Shown here piece by piece: positions 26,256 to 38,480 of a stretch of 64,000 bases of DNA. The notes beneath the pieces were generated by a model. That model saw only the letters and a list, made by a program, of their open reading frames with translations. It did not search any database and was not told the origin of the DNA. The position numbers and the translations under genes are program-made. The number at the start of each line of letters is the position of its first letter. Position 1 is the first letter of the stretch. Source of the DNA: Vicugna vicugna (Eukaryota); NCBI GenBank assembly GCA_013265495.1, contig MU058781.1, positions 7,669,009-7,733,008 on the forward strand, read 5' to 3'.

Positions 26256-26960
26256 GACATAAATCTTAGCAATGTTCTCCTAGGGCAGTCTATGCAGACA
26301 ATGGAAATAAAAGCAAAAATAAACAAATGGGACCTAATTAAACTTATAAGCTTTTGCACAGCATAAGAAACCATAAGCAAAACAAAAAGACAAGCTACAG
26401 AATGGGAGAATATATTTGCAAATGATGTGACTGACAAGGGCTTAATTTCCAGAATATATAACTCATACAACTTAATAACAACAAAAAAAGCAAACAACCC
26501 AATCCAAAAATGGGCAGAAGATCTAAACAAGCAATTCTCCAGTGAAGATATACAAATGGCCAATAGGCACATGAAAAAATGTTCAGTATCACTAATTATC
26601 AGAGAAATGTAAATCAAAAGTACAATGAAGTACCATCTCACACCAATCAGAATGGTCATCATCAAAAAATCCACAAATGACAACTGCTGGAGAGAGTGTG
26701 GAGAAAAGGGAACCCTCCTATACTTGGTAGGAATGTAAATTGGTGCAATCACTGTGTAAAACAGTACTGAGAGCACTTAAAAAACTAAAAATAGAGTTAC
26801 CATATGATCCATCAATCCCACGCCTGGGCATATATCCAGAGGAAATTCTAGTTCAAAAAGATACATCCACTCCAATGTTCACAGCAAAACGATTTACAAT
26901 AGCCAAGACATGGAAGCTACTTAAATGTCCATCAATATGAATCAATAAAGAAGATATGAG

Positions 26961-26999
<39 letters not shown>

Positions 27000-27460
27000 T
27001 ACATACACAATGGAATACTACTCAGCCATAAAAAAGAATAAATTTGTGCCACTTGCAGCAACATGGATGGACCTAGAGATCACACAACAAAGTGAAGTAA
27101 GCCAAAAAGAGGAAGAAAAATATCATTATGATATCACTTAGATGTGGAATCTAAAAAGAAAGATAAACAAACTTATTTACAGAATAGAAACAGACTCACA
27201 GACATAGAAAACAAAGTTATGGTTATTGGGGGTGGGGGGGCGGGTGGAAAGGGATAAGTTGGGAGTTCGAGATTTGCAGACACTGATATATATAAAATAA
27301 ATAAGCAAGTTCATGACTATATTCAATATCTTATAGTAACTTATGGTGAAGAAGAATATGTAAATGAATACATATATGTTCATGTACGACTGAAGCATTG
27401 TGCTGTGCACCAGAAATTGACACAACATTGTAAACTGACTATACTTCAATTAAAAAAAAA

Positions 27461-27461
<1 letters not shown>
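26256..27461 (+). mobile_element. 5'-truncated LINE-1 inserted in the ERV internal region
   Basis: [12 protein letters not shown]...[27 protein letters not shown] and [15 protein letters not shown] remnants. A-tail followed by (TA)n(CA)n(TA)n to 27507; internal (TA)(CA) repeat at 26961-27009. Confidence 0.97.
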
Positions 27462-27508
<47 letters not shown>

Positions 27509-27860
27509 GAGATGACAGAACTGTGGGTTGCATCCCGTTTTCAGTTAATATCCTACTGACCACTGCCAGCTCTCAGGGGAGTTGTCTGTCTGTCTTTCTC
27601 TTGGCTATCTTTGAGGGCGGTTCTGGATCTTGGGAGGTCAGCATCTTTTATACCCTCTTTGGGGGTGCCTCTTGCTTCCCTGGTTAAGTATAGATTTTGG
27701 TTTCCAGTCTCTTGATGGATATACCTTTGGTTTAAATATTTGAAACGATTTTTTTTAAGAAGCTCTATGGTCAGAAGTTTTTTGGATTAGCGGCTGATAC
27801 TGAGTCTGACAGAAACTGTTTATATAAGGCCTTCTTTCCTACCCTAAAATGGAACTATGG

Positions 27861-28083
27861 ACTCAGAGGAAAAGAACACGTCCTGAAGCCTACGTGGAAC
27901 AATTTTTTAAAAACATTTCAAAGACACACAGCCTTGAATCTAGAACACAGGGATCTTTTGATGTCCATCTTAGTCGGGAATCTCCCTGACAAAAAGAAGC
28001 AAAGTGAACGTAATGCAGCTGGATGGGCAGGTCAGCCCCTGGATAACGTTCAGGCTGCGACCCAGTCCTTTGAAGAATTATAA
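27861..28083 (+). pseudogene. Retroviral gag capsid remnant (major homology region and CA C-terminal domain)
   Basis: My translation, with one frameshift in the T-run at 27903-27908: TQRKRTRPEAYVEQF/LKTFQRHTALNLEHRDLLMSILVGNLPDKKKQSERNAAGWAGQPLDNVQAATQSFEEL*. It resembles the class I ERV MHR (Q..E.P..FLERL.EAFR.YT) and downstream PD..GW motifs. Confidence 0.55.
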
Positions 28084-31000
28084 ACAACCGTCCCTGTCTT
28101 ACAAATTGCGTCTTTACAAAGCCAGAAATGCAGCTTGAAAAGCAATTCAAAGCCCGTCTATCTTTACCATTTCCAAAACCTCACCCATTCATTTCAAAAG
28201 GCTTGCAGATACTGTAAAAGACCAGGACACTGGAAAGAGAACTACCCTGCACTTGAAATTAAAAAAAAAAAAAGGAGATTTTTAAATAGTAACTACAGTA
28301 GATTTTAGATATTAAAGCATCTGACACATTGCTAAAATTTTAAAACGAAAGCTAAAAGTTCTCTGAATCTGTCTATACGTGTGTGTGTGTGTGTGTAAAA
28401 TGTATATGTGATTTTTTTCTACCTCCAAATAGTCTAACCAGATTAATCTACTAAATTTCTTACAGGAGCTCTATTCACGTTGGCTTAGATGTAAATGAGC
28501 ACTCATATAAATTCAGTTTTCCTAAAACTCTCAGAAATACAGAACCTAACCCACATGTGTTCTGAAATTCACACTATCTGGGATACTCTCTGATAAACAA
28601 AGCTAGTTTTGAAATTGTTGGTGAAGTAAAAATAGGCATTTCTTCAGAGTTGTCAGCATTAAATATAATACAGAGATACAATTTTTTTCTACCTAAGTTT
28701 ACTACTCAAATAAGCTTATGTTATCTCCACTAGATGTTTAAAATTTATAAAACTATAAATCCACCTTAAGAATTAAATGTACAATAAACATGAATTAATT
28801 GCTTGATGCACGTCAGGCACGGCAGTTAAAAAAAAAAGGGGGAAGGGAAGAACCATATGTTTAACTTTCTAGATTCTTCGCTTCAGTGATATTTTGATAC
28901 TTGCGTACTTTGTCAACAAGAAAAACAACTTCAGATGATGACTAGCTTTGTTTTCTGTCTCATGAAATTTTCATGAGCAATTCCAGTCTAGCTAAGAACA
29001 CGTGAATTAAATAGATGTATGTGGGATAAAAGTTTATAAATTAACTTTTCAACAATGATTATGTTTTATAGTATGTTTACTTAAAAATCTTTTTGATAAC
29101 TTAAAACCTTAAAGCTATACAAAGTTAAAAGTGATGAATATCCACTGAATGTATAGATTATTTCCAAATAAGATAAAGTACTAAAATATTAACAGCTGAA
29201 CGAAAGTTTATTTACTTTCGGCATCTTGTTTTTACATGATGTAGAGAAGGTAAATATATTTGGGTCAGTTAATAAGCATGAGAAGTTGTACCGTGAAATA
29301 CATATGCCTCTAGAAATTATGAAAGGCTGTCTTTGCAGCTTGACTACAGAATTAGAGTATGTGGAAGATAATTCCCAATTGCTCACTTTCTAGTTTTCAC
29401 TGAAAAGAAAGGTTACTTAATGGTTAAAATTTGTAATCAATATATATGTATAAAAAAATTATGATGAAGAATAGGATAAAAATGCTTTGTTTAGGAAAGG
29501 AAGATATCTTTTTGCCAAGGAAAGTACCAAGGACCTATTTAAGGGAAAGAGTAATCTTGTCCTAGAGTAGAAAGACTCACGGTCCCAGAATGAGAAAGAG
29601 AAAACATACGAGTCAAAAATCAGATGGAAAAAAAATGTAGAGAGTTGCAGAAAAGAAATTCCATGTGTGGTTAAGCTGCTAAGATTAAACAGGCTTATTT
29701 ATAAGTTTCTTTTTTTAATGAACCTAAATGTCCAAAGTCCATTGATGCAAAAGCAGAGTCAGGTTTTCTCTCTTTGCTAAAACAACCAACTTCTCTCAGG
29801 TTATTGGTCTGCTCTTGATAAGAAACTATTTTTTAAAAGGGGGGGTGCTTTACCTTTTAAGTAGTTTGCCTGGGAAACCAAGATTTTGTGTCTTACAGTA
29901 ACCCACTGCTCTTCACACTGTCTTCAGCAGGCCTTCGATTACTTAAGAAAACAATCTTTTCAACACTAGTTCATAATGATCTGTGATCCCATTTCGTCAA
30001 ATGTCCAAATACTCAGGACACAAATATGCTACCTTGGCATACTGAATATTTTAAGCTAAAGGACATTCGGGAAAATGGCAGAAGCAGGAAGGTCACTCTG
30101 CCCTCATCCCCAGAAACAGATCATAAAACCCTCCTGTGAGAGGTGAATGAGAGGTGCCTTTCCCACACTCGGAGGGAAGGAGCATCCTTATCTCTGAAGA
30201 CAAAGTGAGACCGAGAAGAAGCCGAACAAACAGATCTTGGTAACTTCGGCCAGTTTCCTGCACTTCCCTCACAGCCTCTGTCCTATCAGATTCCTCGTGA
30301 CCGTCCACGCCTCGTCAACCCCAGCATAAAACAGAAGGTCTGTTTCTTCAGGTCTTCATTTCCTTATGAAGACTCTCATGGCACATAAAACTCAACATGA
30401 AATACGTCTGTGTGCTTTTCTCCTCTTAATCTGTCTTTATCAGTTTAATTTTCAGCCACAGCCAGGGGCACCACGAGAGTCAGAAAAACTTCTTCTTCCC
30501 CTACACAACCCTAACAAACTAATACAGCATCCATTTCTCTCTCTAAGTATCTATATATTACATATTTAAAGAGAGAGAATCCAGCATATGATACAGAGAG
30601 AGAGAGAGGGAGAGGGCAGGACAGTACTCAGCATGGGGTGACTGGGCAGATGTATGGAGATGTATGTTCCCACTGCATACACACCAGCATACATTACTAC
30701 ATAACACAGTGTTTGTTACCATAACATCTCCCTGCTTTGTAATCTTTGAGAGGAGACTGAACAAAATTTAGAGAGAGATTTTGTCGAACCTTCACTTAAC
30801 ATTTTTATTTCATGACCACAGTCCTCACCGCTGCCAGTTCGGAAAGGTTCCCCTTCCTCTGGTACTCAATGTGACTTTTAAAGAATTTTAGTTACGTTCA
30901 GCATCGCAGAAGCTGGTCTTATGGAATCAGAAAACTGCAGAATATAAAGAAGCCCTAGAGAATACGGTTTAAATTTATTACATACCTTTGTTGGGTCACT

Positions 31001-31384
31001 TCTCATAGTTCTGCAGTAATCCTCAGGTCCCTTGGGATTCAGTGCAATTTTGAAGAGTGGTGATTATTTCATTTCTTATACGTGGAACCTGAATTCTTTG
31101 AAATTAATTATGCAAAAAAACCAATACTGAAAATTTATAGAAGTAAAGCATCTTGGAATCATATGGACATTTAAAGATTTTCTAGTCAAATTCTAAACCC
31201 CACACATGAACCCTTCTACACAGCAGATAACCATCTGCTAGCAATTAAACACTTCCAATGATCAGAACCTTACCTTCAGAGGCTGCCTCCATAGTCAAAT
31301 TGAGCTGGAGTCTGTTTCTTTGTGCCTTTCCCAGGGTGACAGCGCTTTAGAGTGGTTATTCGGTTATTCTGGCCTGCACATCTC

Positions 31385-31732
31385 CTCACCCCACCCCTTA
31401 CCTTGTTCGTGACCAAACACACCGAGCCAATGTCTTTTCCAGGGATTTTTCTGGCTGAGCTGGCAGTGAGGAGAGTCCTTTTCTCTCTGGTCCCTAGGCT
31501 TGATGGATGAGAGTTCAGAGCAGCCGGCAGCAGCAGGGGAATATGAAGTCTGTTCCAAAAGCAGGGATGAGAGTGAGAGAGGGGAGAGGCAGAGAAAGAG
31601 ACCGCCTTGGTCCTGTCTCCCCCAGGGCTAGCCCTGCTCTGCCTTCCCCACAACTTGGTTACGGGAGCCCTTAAGCCCTCTTGTTTGCTTGAGATATTTC
31701 AACTTACATTGCGGTCGCCTACAAACATGAGA
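31385..31732 (+). mobile_element. Old MLT1 (K/L-type) LTR fragment
   Basis: gtgaccaaacacaccgagccaatgtcttttccagggattttt...gggagcccttaagccctcttgtttgcttgag. Confidence 0.5.
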
Positions 31733-31801
31733 CTTGGTGGAGGAATAAGTCTAATTCATCCTCTCTAAGACAGCTCTGAAAATGTTTGCAGGCCATCATT
31801 A

Positions 31802-31929
31802 GAGAGCTCATAGTTTTAATTGTCCAAACCGGGGCACTTCTGAGTGTGAAATAGAACACAATGTACAATTATTACGCTGAAACAACAGTCCTAAATTTGG
31901 CCTGTTCCAGCACACTTATCGTCAGCCTT
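31802..31929 (+). mobile_element. MER94-like hAT-Blackjack relic
   Basis: ttgtccaaaccggggcacttctgagtgtgaaa...aattattacgctgaaacaacag matches the MER94 consensus as I recall it. Confidence 0.65.
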
Positions 31930-31939
31930 CCTTTCCCTG

Positions 31940-32380
31940 TTCTCTCCAGTCCGCACATCCCTGATTCCTTCATGCTGTGTTACACATCATGGCTACAAAT
32001 CCCCTTGCCACTCCGACAGGTATTCTTTGAATACTTGGCAATTTGTCAATGTCTCTCTTAGAATGTGGAGGCCAGAACTGAATCCAGTGCTCAAGGCTCA
32101 AGATGTGGTGGACGGGGGCAGCACATGACCTGGTTTGGAGAATATACTCGCGCTGACCCCACTGATGCTACCTCAGTCTGAATCTCACTCTAGCTCTGGT
32201 TCTTTCTCTTAAATAACACTTCACGTTGAGCCTGGCCAGTGGTTGGTGCTTAAGGACCAACGAATAAATGGCTTCTTTTGAGCTGGAAGTCAATTCTAAT
32301 CCAATTTGCTTTTGAGGATTCAAATATAGGACCTCTTATTTCTTCGTGTTAAATTTCATCTTGTTACGTTCAGCTTCCTA
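31940..32380 (-). mobile_element. L3/CR1 LINE fragment (a further piece at ~31140-31290)
   Basis: tcttagaatgtggaggccagaactgaatccagtgctc and gttaaatttcatcttgtt are typical reverse L3 motifs. Confidence 0.55.
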
Positions 32381-32459
32381 TATTAGTTTATAACTCACTG
32401 TATCTTTGTTTCAATACACTTTGTAAGTACATCATCTATGTATCTTTATTACTGGTGTT

Positions 32460-32700
32460 GATATCAGCTAACACTAGTGCTGCTTCTATGCCAGTCCTTG
32501 TTTTAAGCATTTTAAACTCACTTAATATTCACAGTAAAATTATGAAATGGACATTATTGTTATTCTCATCTTATAGATGAAGAAATTGAAGTACAAAAAG
32601 ATTAAATTCCTAACGTCACAGAGCTGGTAAGTGGCAGAGCCAGGATCCAAAACTAGACAATCTGGCTCCAGAATCTGTGTCTTCCACGGCTTTCTGTTCT
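32460..32700 (-). mobile_element. MIR SINE
   Basis: attctcatcttatagatgaagaaattgaag...gtcacagagctggtaagtggcagagccaggatcc...tctggctccaga. Confidence 0.85.
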
Positions 32701-33000
32701 CATCAAACTCACACGGAACAGGACATGGAACAGGACAGGGCCAAGGAAAGGGACCATGACATCCTACAAGAGCGTTAGCACACTGCAAGCACCCCGTGTA
32801 TATATCTTGTTCAATCAATGACTACTCTACCTAACTGTGTAATAATAAGCATACAAGAAAAGTCATATGTTTTCCTGAAGCCCAGATTCACTCTTCTAGC
32901 TTAAGTGCTTTAAGTGCTTACAAAGCATCATCTTGTTAATCCAATCTAGAATTCTTTCTTGGGCCAATGTCAAACTCACAGTTTTTGTCCTATAGAATCA

Positions 33001-33125
33001 GCCTCCTTTCCTTCCTTCCCTCCTTCCTTCTTTCTTTCCTTCCCTTCCTTCTTTCCCTTCTTTTTTCACTCTCTTCCATTTTCTCTTCCTCTTTTTCTCT
33101 CCCTCCTTTCTCTTCCTTGCTCTCT
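33001..33125. repeat. Polypyrimidine (CCTT/CTT) low-complexity tract
   Basis: Direct observation. Confidence 0.9.
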
Positions 33126-33585
33126 TAGAGAGAACTCCATTCACCTGACTCCAGTCTGCTCTCCCTGATCCATGACTTCTTAAAGACCACAGCATTTTCC
33201 CTGGAACTCCTCTCCTAACCAAGGCTCTAATCTCTTTGGCCAGAGATTCGAATTTATTTACAGGTGCTAGATAACCTGTAGCTTTCTTACCTGAGAGGCT
33301 ACAGTTATTAGCAAAATCTGCAAACCAACCAATGACCTGGACTAATTTAAAAATCCTTCTTCTTTTGGTGAATGAAGTTTCACTTTGACAAATCTGTACC
33401 TTAACGTGGCCATTGTAAGAATTCTCAAACACAATGCAATGATACTGACCAACAGGACAAGCACACAGGAAACGCACAGGGGTTGCGAAGTTAATGGTTT
33501 CAAAGATAACAAGACAATGATTCGCATAACTCCATATTTAAATATAAAAAGTGAGAAAGCAAGTGTGCAAAACTCTGAGAAGTAC

Positions 33586-33721
33586 CTGATGCTCTGGTCA
33601 TCCCAGATCCAAGTTCTTCTGGAGCCAGAGAATGGCAAATTCACTTATGCAGGAGTAGCCATGGAAATTAGTCTGTACCAACATGGGGCCCAAAGTCTGT
33701 CCAAAACTGATTGGGACAATC
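33586..33721 (-). other. Candidate 136-nt non-coding (5' UTR-type) exon
   Basis: Acceptor attgattcgttttaactctttcag|GATT, donor CAG|gtactt; stops in all three frames. Confidence 0.55.
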
Positions 33722-33900
33722 CTGAAAGAGTTAAAACGAATCAATATGTAAATACAAAGGAAACACGTCACTCTTGACCAGTCTGGCTGTTGGATGTCCA
33801 ACAGCCTGCCTCGGGGAAGGGCAGAGCCAGTGACAAATACTGCAGCCGAGAGATGAGGTTTTTCACCTCTCTACAAGGCTGAACCTCTAGAGAGAATTTA

Positions 33901-34172
33901 ATTCGCCTGCGTGGCTCCCACGCAGTGCCAGGGAACTGCAGAACAAGAGGGCGCTGGGGGAGAAAGCCAGGCTTCCCAACACCCCGTTGCAGCCTCCGCT
34001 TGTCAGGCGCCTGCAGACCCAGCGCCCCACGCGCCCCAGGCTGCCCGCTGCTACCGCTCAGGCTCCCGCGGCTCCGCCTCCCGCAGAAAAGGACGGGGAC
34101 AGCCCGGCCCCACTGCTCTCCTCGCGAAAACTCCACGGCCAGATGCCACCAACAGGGGCCAGCTCTCTGCCG
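33901..34172. promoter_or_regulatory. Small CpG island / candidate internal promoter
   Basis: About 22 CpGs in ~270 bp by hand count in an otherwise CpG-depleted window. GC-box-like ctccgcctccc and E2F-like cgcgaaaa. Confidence 0.7.
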
Positions 34173-34495
34173 AGTGAGCTGAGTCTTTTACCAGTCAGAT
34201 CCGTACACATTACAGAAAGGGCCGAAGAAGGGAGTTACTGTGCACCTCGTGTATTTTTAGTTCTCCGGGATTAGTTGCTATTGGACTGCACGTGAGGGGA
34301 AGAAAAGGAAAAAAAAAACTCAACGTCAGCTTCCTGTGTACACTGGTGGCTTTCTGAGGTCTCCAAGTTTTGCTGGACTTGCCTGCTTACTTTTTGGATC
34401 TACTCTCAAAGCACAAAAAGCATGCTATCTGTTTCACGTTCCCAAATTTGACCCCTATTTCATTTATTTTTCAAATAATTTACTGATGAGGGTAG

Positions 34496-34518
34496 TGTGT
34501 GTGTGTGTGTGTGTGTGT
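34496..34518. repeat. (TG)n microsatellite
   Basis: Direct observation. Confidence 0.9.
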
Positions 34519-34652
34519 AAATACATGCATGCGCACAAACTTATACTGACCTAATTTCAGCTTTGAGACTCACTCTGTTCCCCAAACCAGCACAATAAAA
34601 ACATTTCAATTGGCAGAATCAGCTGGGAAACCTTTGCAATCCCCTTACTTAC

Positions 34653-34802
34653 TTCACTGACTTTCGTTATTACTGAAGCAGTTCCCTTGGGAAAATGTAA
34701 ACAAAAACAAGCAAACCAATATGTTGGCACAGAGATACAGTACTGATGTCACTAGATTCACAATAAAAAACTTGATATTTTTTACTTGCTCTCTTGCAGA
34801 GT
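34653..34802 (-). other. Candidate 150-nt exon
   Basis: Acceptor gttagttctgttctccag|ACTC and consensus donor GAA|gtaagt (with a tandem GTAAG 4 nt downstream); stops in all three frames. Confidence 0.6.
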
Positions 34803-35454
34803 CTGGAGAACAGAACTAACCCTTCTACCACAATATCCACTCCCATAATCACTTAAATGTCAGTCTTACTACTTCCCTCCGACCTTCTTTCAATTATTCA
34901 ACATTTCAGTCACTCAGCAAATCCTTACTGAGCATGTACTAGGTGGCAGGCAGGTACTGGGGCTTGGGGAAAGGACAGTGAATAAAGACAGGCATGGTTC
35001 CTGCCCTTCTAACCTAGAGGGTTTTCAATTAAAGAGATGATACAAAGGTCATTTCCACAAAACCCCTTAAGCTACATTGTAGACACTGTAACTAGGGAAC
35101 AATGCCACATCTCTGGGGACAGGAGAAGAGGTACAGGGATAAATGTCACTTAAATAATCTATTCAGCGGGACGTTTACAGAAGCACTGTCCACACTGCTC
35201 TCAGCCTGTGCACGGAAGACAAAGTCTTTTGCTTTCTTCCGTCATCCTGCCATTCTTCCCTGAGAGGCGGCGATACTAACAGTGAATCTGAATCCAGACC
35301 CAGACCTGAGGTTGGTCTACACTTACTCCTAAGCACTTGTACACTCCCTTTCAGTTTTTTCTTTGATGCCGCTGAATCAGTAAGCTTCATCATGGTCTAT
35401 TTCTTTGGGCTATATTCTGAGGATACTAAAGTCAACATCTATTTCTTTAGACCT

Positions 35455-35628
35455 AAATGGTTTTACAAGCATATAACATGTTCACTCACACAGAGCCCCA
35501 AGCTCAGAAAGGTCCTGGGCGTGGCTTAACTCTCTACTGTTGCCATCTTGATATTCTTGGTACTTTTTGGACAAGGGACCCTACATTGTTATTTTGCACT
35601 GACCTTGCAAATTATGTAGCCATTTCTG
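35455..35628 (+). mobile_element. MER91A-like hAT-Tip100 relic
   Basis: cacagagccccaagctcagaaagg...tgttgccatcttgatattctt...ttttgcactg...gcaaattatgtagcc. Confidence 0.8.
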
Positions 35629-36009
35629 GTCTTAGAATTAATGCACAACTGGTAGAAAGGTTTGGACATGGCGGCAGGGTGGGGGTGGGGAGACTCTGCT
35701 GGGATGCTAATTCCAAGCTCTTAGCTCCCACTTAGATTTTAACAGAAACCCATGCTTTGGAGATTATGGCACTGGACAGTCAGTCATAGATGCTCAAGAA
35801 ATAATTCATTAAACAACTACTTTTCTAATATTTAGTCAACAAAAAATTTACTAAGCCAAGGTCTTGAAGATAGACCAAATAAAGCTTAAACGTTTACCTC
35901 ATTAATTACATCTAAGCTTTGGGGCAGTGCTACTTTACAGAGGCAATGGAAAAAGCCTTATGCATGATTATTAAACTATTTCTAACAATTCTTATGGGGA
36001 AGGCAATAT

Positions 36010-36220
36010 ATTAAGTATTAAACTTAGAATCAGAAAACCTGGTTTCCTGGTTGTATATGATGTTGGCTAAGCCACGGAAGCGTTTGGGGCCTCTTTTTAT
36101 TTTTTCTATCTACAGAACAAAGATAACAATGCTATGTTTCTGATTGTTGAAATGATTAAATTAAACTGTATAGGTGAAAGGGACTCTCAGAGTCTGTGCC
36201 ACACAGCAGACATGTGATAA
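36010..36220 (+). mobile_element. MIR SINE fragment
   Basis: ttagaatcagaaaacctgg...gggcctc...tctatctacagaacaaagataac...gattaaat...gtctgtgccacacagcag. Confidence 0.6.
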
Positions 36221-38194
36221 ATCGCTGTGTCAGTCTGATGTAATTATAGGCCTTTACTTGGAGACAGAAATAGAATTCCACTGTATGAATCCATGGAGAA
36301 AAAAATGAGGTACTATTAATATATTAGAATTTAAATGATAATTTCTGAAATAAAAAGATTATAATTGTACTTAAAATGTTTTAACTCTTCTTCTTCTTAA
36401 CACTAGTCAACACTACTGCCATTGGATTCTTTTCTTCAAATAGCACTTACATTCTCTATAAATCCGAGAATATAAATTCTTGTGTAAATTTTAGTCAGAA
36501 TCCAGGAATTTTGTTTCTGGGGTGCGTATACGTGGACAGCCATGCACAACGAATCACAGCTGTCAAAGTAGAATCAGGTTAATTCGGCATCTGCAGTCCC
36601 CCCCAGATGACTACTGTCCCTCTTTTTAGAGCTCAACCAGTGAAGAATCTGGGGTTTCATCTCCAGCTCTTTTCAGTCCAGTGCAAATCATTCTTACATC
36701 AGAACACAAATAATCATTATTCGTTCTAACCAGTGTCCTAGTTGCCAAACCAGAAAATAGATTTTGTATTTTTTTTTAATTTAAAAAAGCAAAATTCAAA
36801 TCAGCTACACTGGATTTGGTATAATTCTAAGAGAGAATGCAAACATCATATATTCAATTCGCTTGCTACCTTCCCACTCTGAAGGGTGCACATTAGGTTA
36901 TCAGTATTTTGGTGAGTAACAGAAAATAAGGTGTCTGTCAGATATCACAGAGGACTCCAGGTTCGTGGAAGGCACTAAGGACAGTCTCAGAGAAAAGGGC
37001 AGCTTAGACATCTTCAAAGTCAGGGTCACGGTTGTCATCCGAGCGTGTCATCAGCTAGACCTGAGCGTGAAGGTAAGTGAGCTCACCAGCAAAGCTTCCC
37101 ACAGACAGAAGAGTGCCTGGGCAGAAACGAGTTACTTAAATTCCATTCTCAATTTTCATGTTCAGATTAGACGTCTTCTAGACGTCCTGACCCTAGAATG
37201 AGCCTCATGTGGTCGTATGTCACTAAAGACACATCGATGCACACGCACACCCATGCAGGCACTAGCTCCTAATCTGCTCCTTAGAAATGAGGATGAGCTT
37301 TAGTTCAGACAAGAAACACTTCCAAGATACAGACACTTGTAAACATCTAACATTATCTTGCTATTTAAACAAATCAGTAATTTAGGAGTAAAAGTCAATA
37401 ATCATCATGTTATCATCTTTTGAAATAAATCTGGGTTTTGTTTTGTTTTGTTTTTACATTCTGTACTTCTAAATAAATCGTTTGTAGTCTAGGTTTGGCA
37501 AATATTCTTATCCTCAGTTTTATTCTAAGGAAGTGTTCCATGTATGAAAGGTTCCTGGTCTGCAGGTTGATGTTGGCCAAGTTAAAACCTCCATTGCTAT
37601 CTGAATTATGTGAAAGCCTTCAAATCTGCTAAGGCGGAGTTTGCACCTTGCAGAAGGGAAGAGACACTTTAGTAAGCCTTACTGCACCTGCTGAAGGAAA
37701 AGTAAGTCTGCAGAGATGTTTACTTTTTAACAGGGCCAGTGAGGAAGCTATCGCAAGACAAACAGAAAACCAAAAAGAGAGCTCACTCAGACTGCGCCTT
37801 TTGTTTTTCATGTCTTGTTTTCCTGTCCCCCTGCCCCCCATCTCTCTGCCATCTTCTGCCCGGGCTGAAAAGTGTAAAATCATTTTACGTTTCTACATGC
37901 CAGTTTCACAGCTTCTGCTTCTTGCCAGCAAGTAGAAAGAGGTCAAGACAGCAGACAGTGGAACCCACACTGGTTACTGTGTCGCACACGCAAGAAAATT
38001 CCCAAGAAAACGTTTAAGGCGCTACCCAGGTTCCCACCGAAAGGGCCACAAGGGGGGAGAGAAGGGACCATTCTTATGGGTATTTAAACTGGGCATCTTT
38101 GAATCAAAATACCTTCCTAACCCTTTTGCTAGCTTATGGCAGCCCACCCTCTTTCAAAATCTGTAAAATTAGGCTTTCTGGATTCAGCAGATAG

Positions 38195-38480
38195 GTCACT
38201 TCATTTAAGCCTCTGTTCAAAAGTCACCACCTCAGAAAACCCTTCGCAAAACACACAGTCTACAGTGTCACCCCACACCCTCGACCCCATTTGCTTAACA
38301 GCAGCAATCACCACCTGACGTTTGACAAGATATTTTCTGATCATTTACGTGCTGTTTTCTTCTCCTTCTGCAATGCAGGCCCCGTGAGGGTCGACTTGTC
38401 TAACTGACCACCGTACCTCCACTGCCTAGAACGGCACCTAAGTGTGATGGGAACTCACGACATATTTGTTGAACTAATCA
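38195..38480 (+). mobile_element. L2 LINE 3' end
   Basis: ctctgttcaaaagtcaccacctcaga...cccgtgaggg...tgcctagaacggcacct...atatttgttgaac. Confidence 0.8.

Larger units (their letters stand above)
25344..30505 (+). mobile_element. Degraded ERV1 (MER34/MER4-group-like) provirus: 5' LTR 25344-25821, internal region, 3' LTR ~30012-30505
   Basis: The 5' LTR starts TGATGGGGTTCAGGACAC and both LTRs end CCCCTACA. Shared blocks tattttaagctaaagga, tcttcatttc(t/c)ttatgaag and cacataaaact. 4-bp TSD CAGC (25340-25343) / CAAC (30506-30509). Degenerate TGG-led PBS at ~25826. Confidence 0.85.

Noticed and set aside
26174..26776. 200-aa minus-strand ORF, the longest in the window
   Set aside because: Antisense to the L1 insertion; same artefact.
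31269..31290. Minus-strand donor AAG|gtaagg
   Set aside because: Lies in an L3/CR1-like relic with no convincing acceptor upstream.
32711..32762. Degenerate 12-bp tandem (ggaacaggaca) repeat
   Set aside because: A few decaying units with no spacers; an ordinary minisatellite, not CRISPR-like.
32998..33777. 159-aa (minus) and 130-aa (plus) ORFs
   Set aside because: Non-ATG starts, extension through a low-complexity tract in one case, and no recognisable domain or consistent coding splice structure.
33768..34274. Overlapping Pro/Ala/Arg-rich ORFs
   Set aside because: Expected stop-codon depletion in a GC-rich island; no recognisable protein.
34700..34800. Superficial resemblance of SAREQVKNIKFFIVNL... 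to phospholamban-type micropeptides
   Set aside because: Low-complexity hydrophobic similarity only, with no start codon; no homology claimed.
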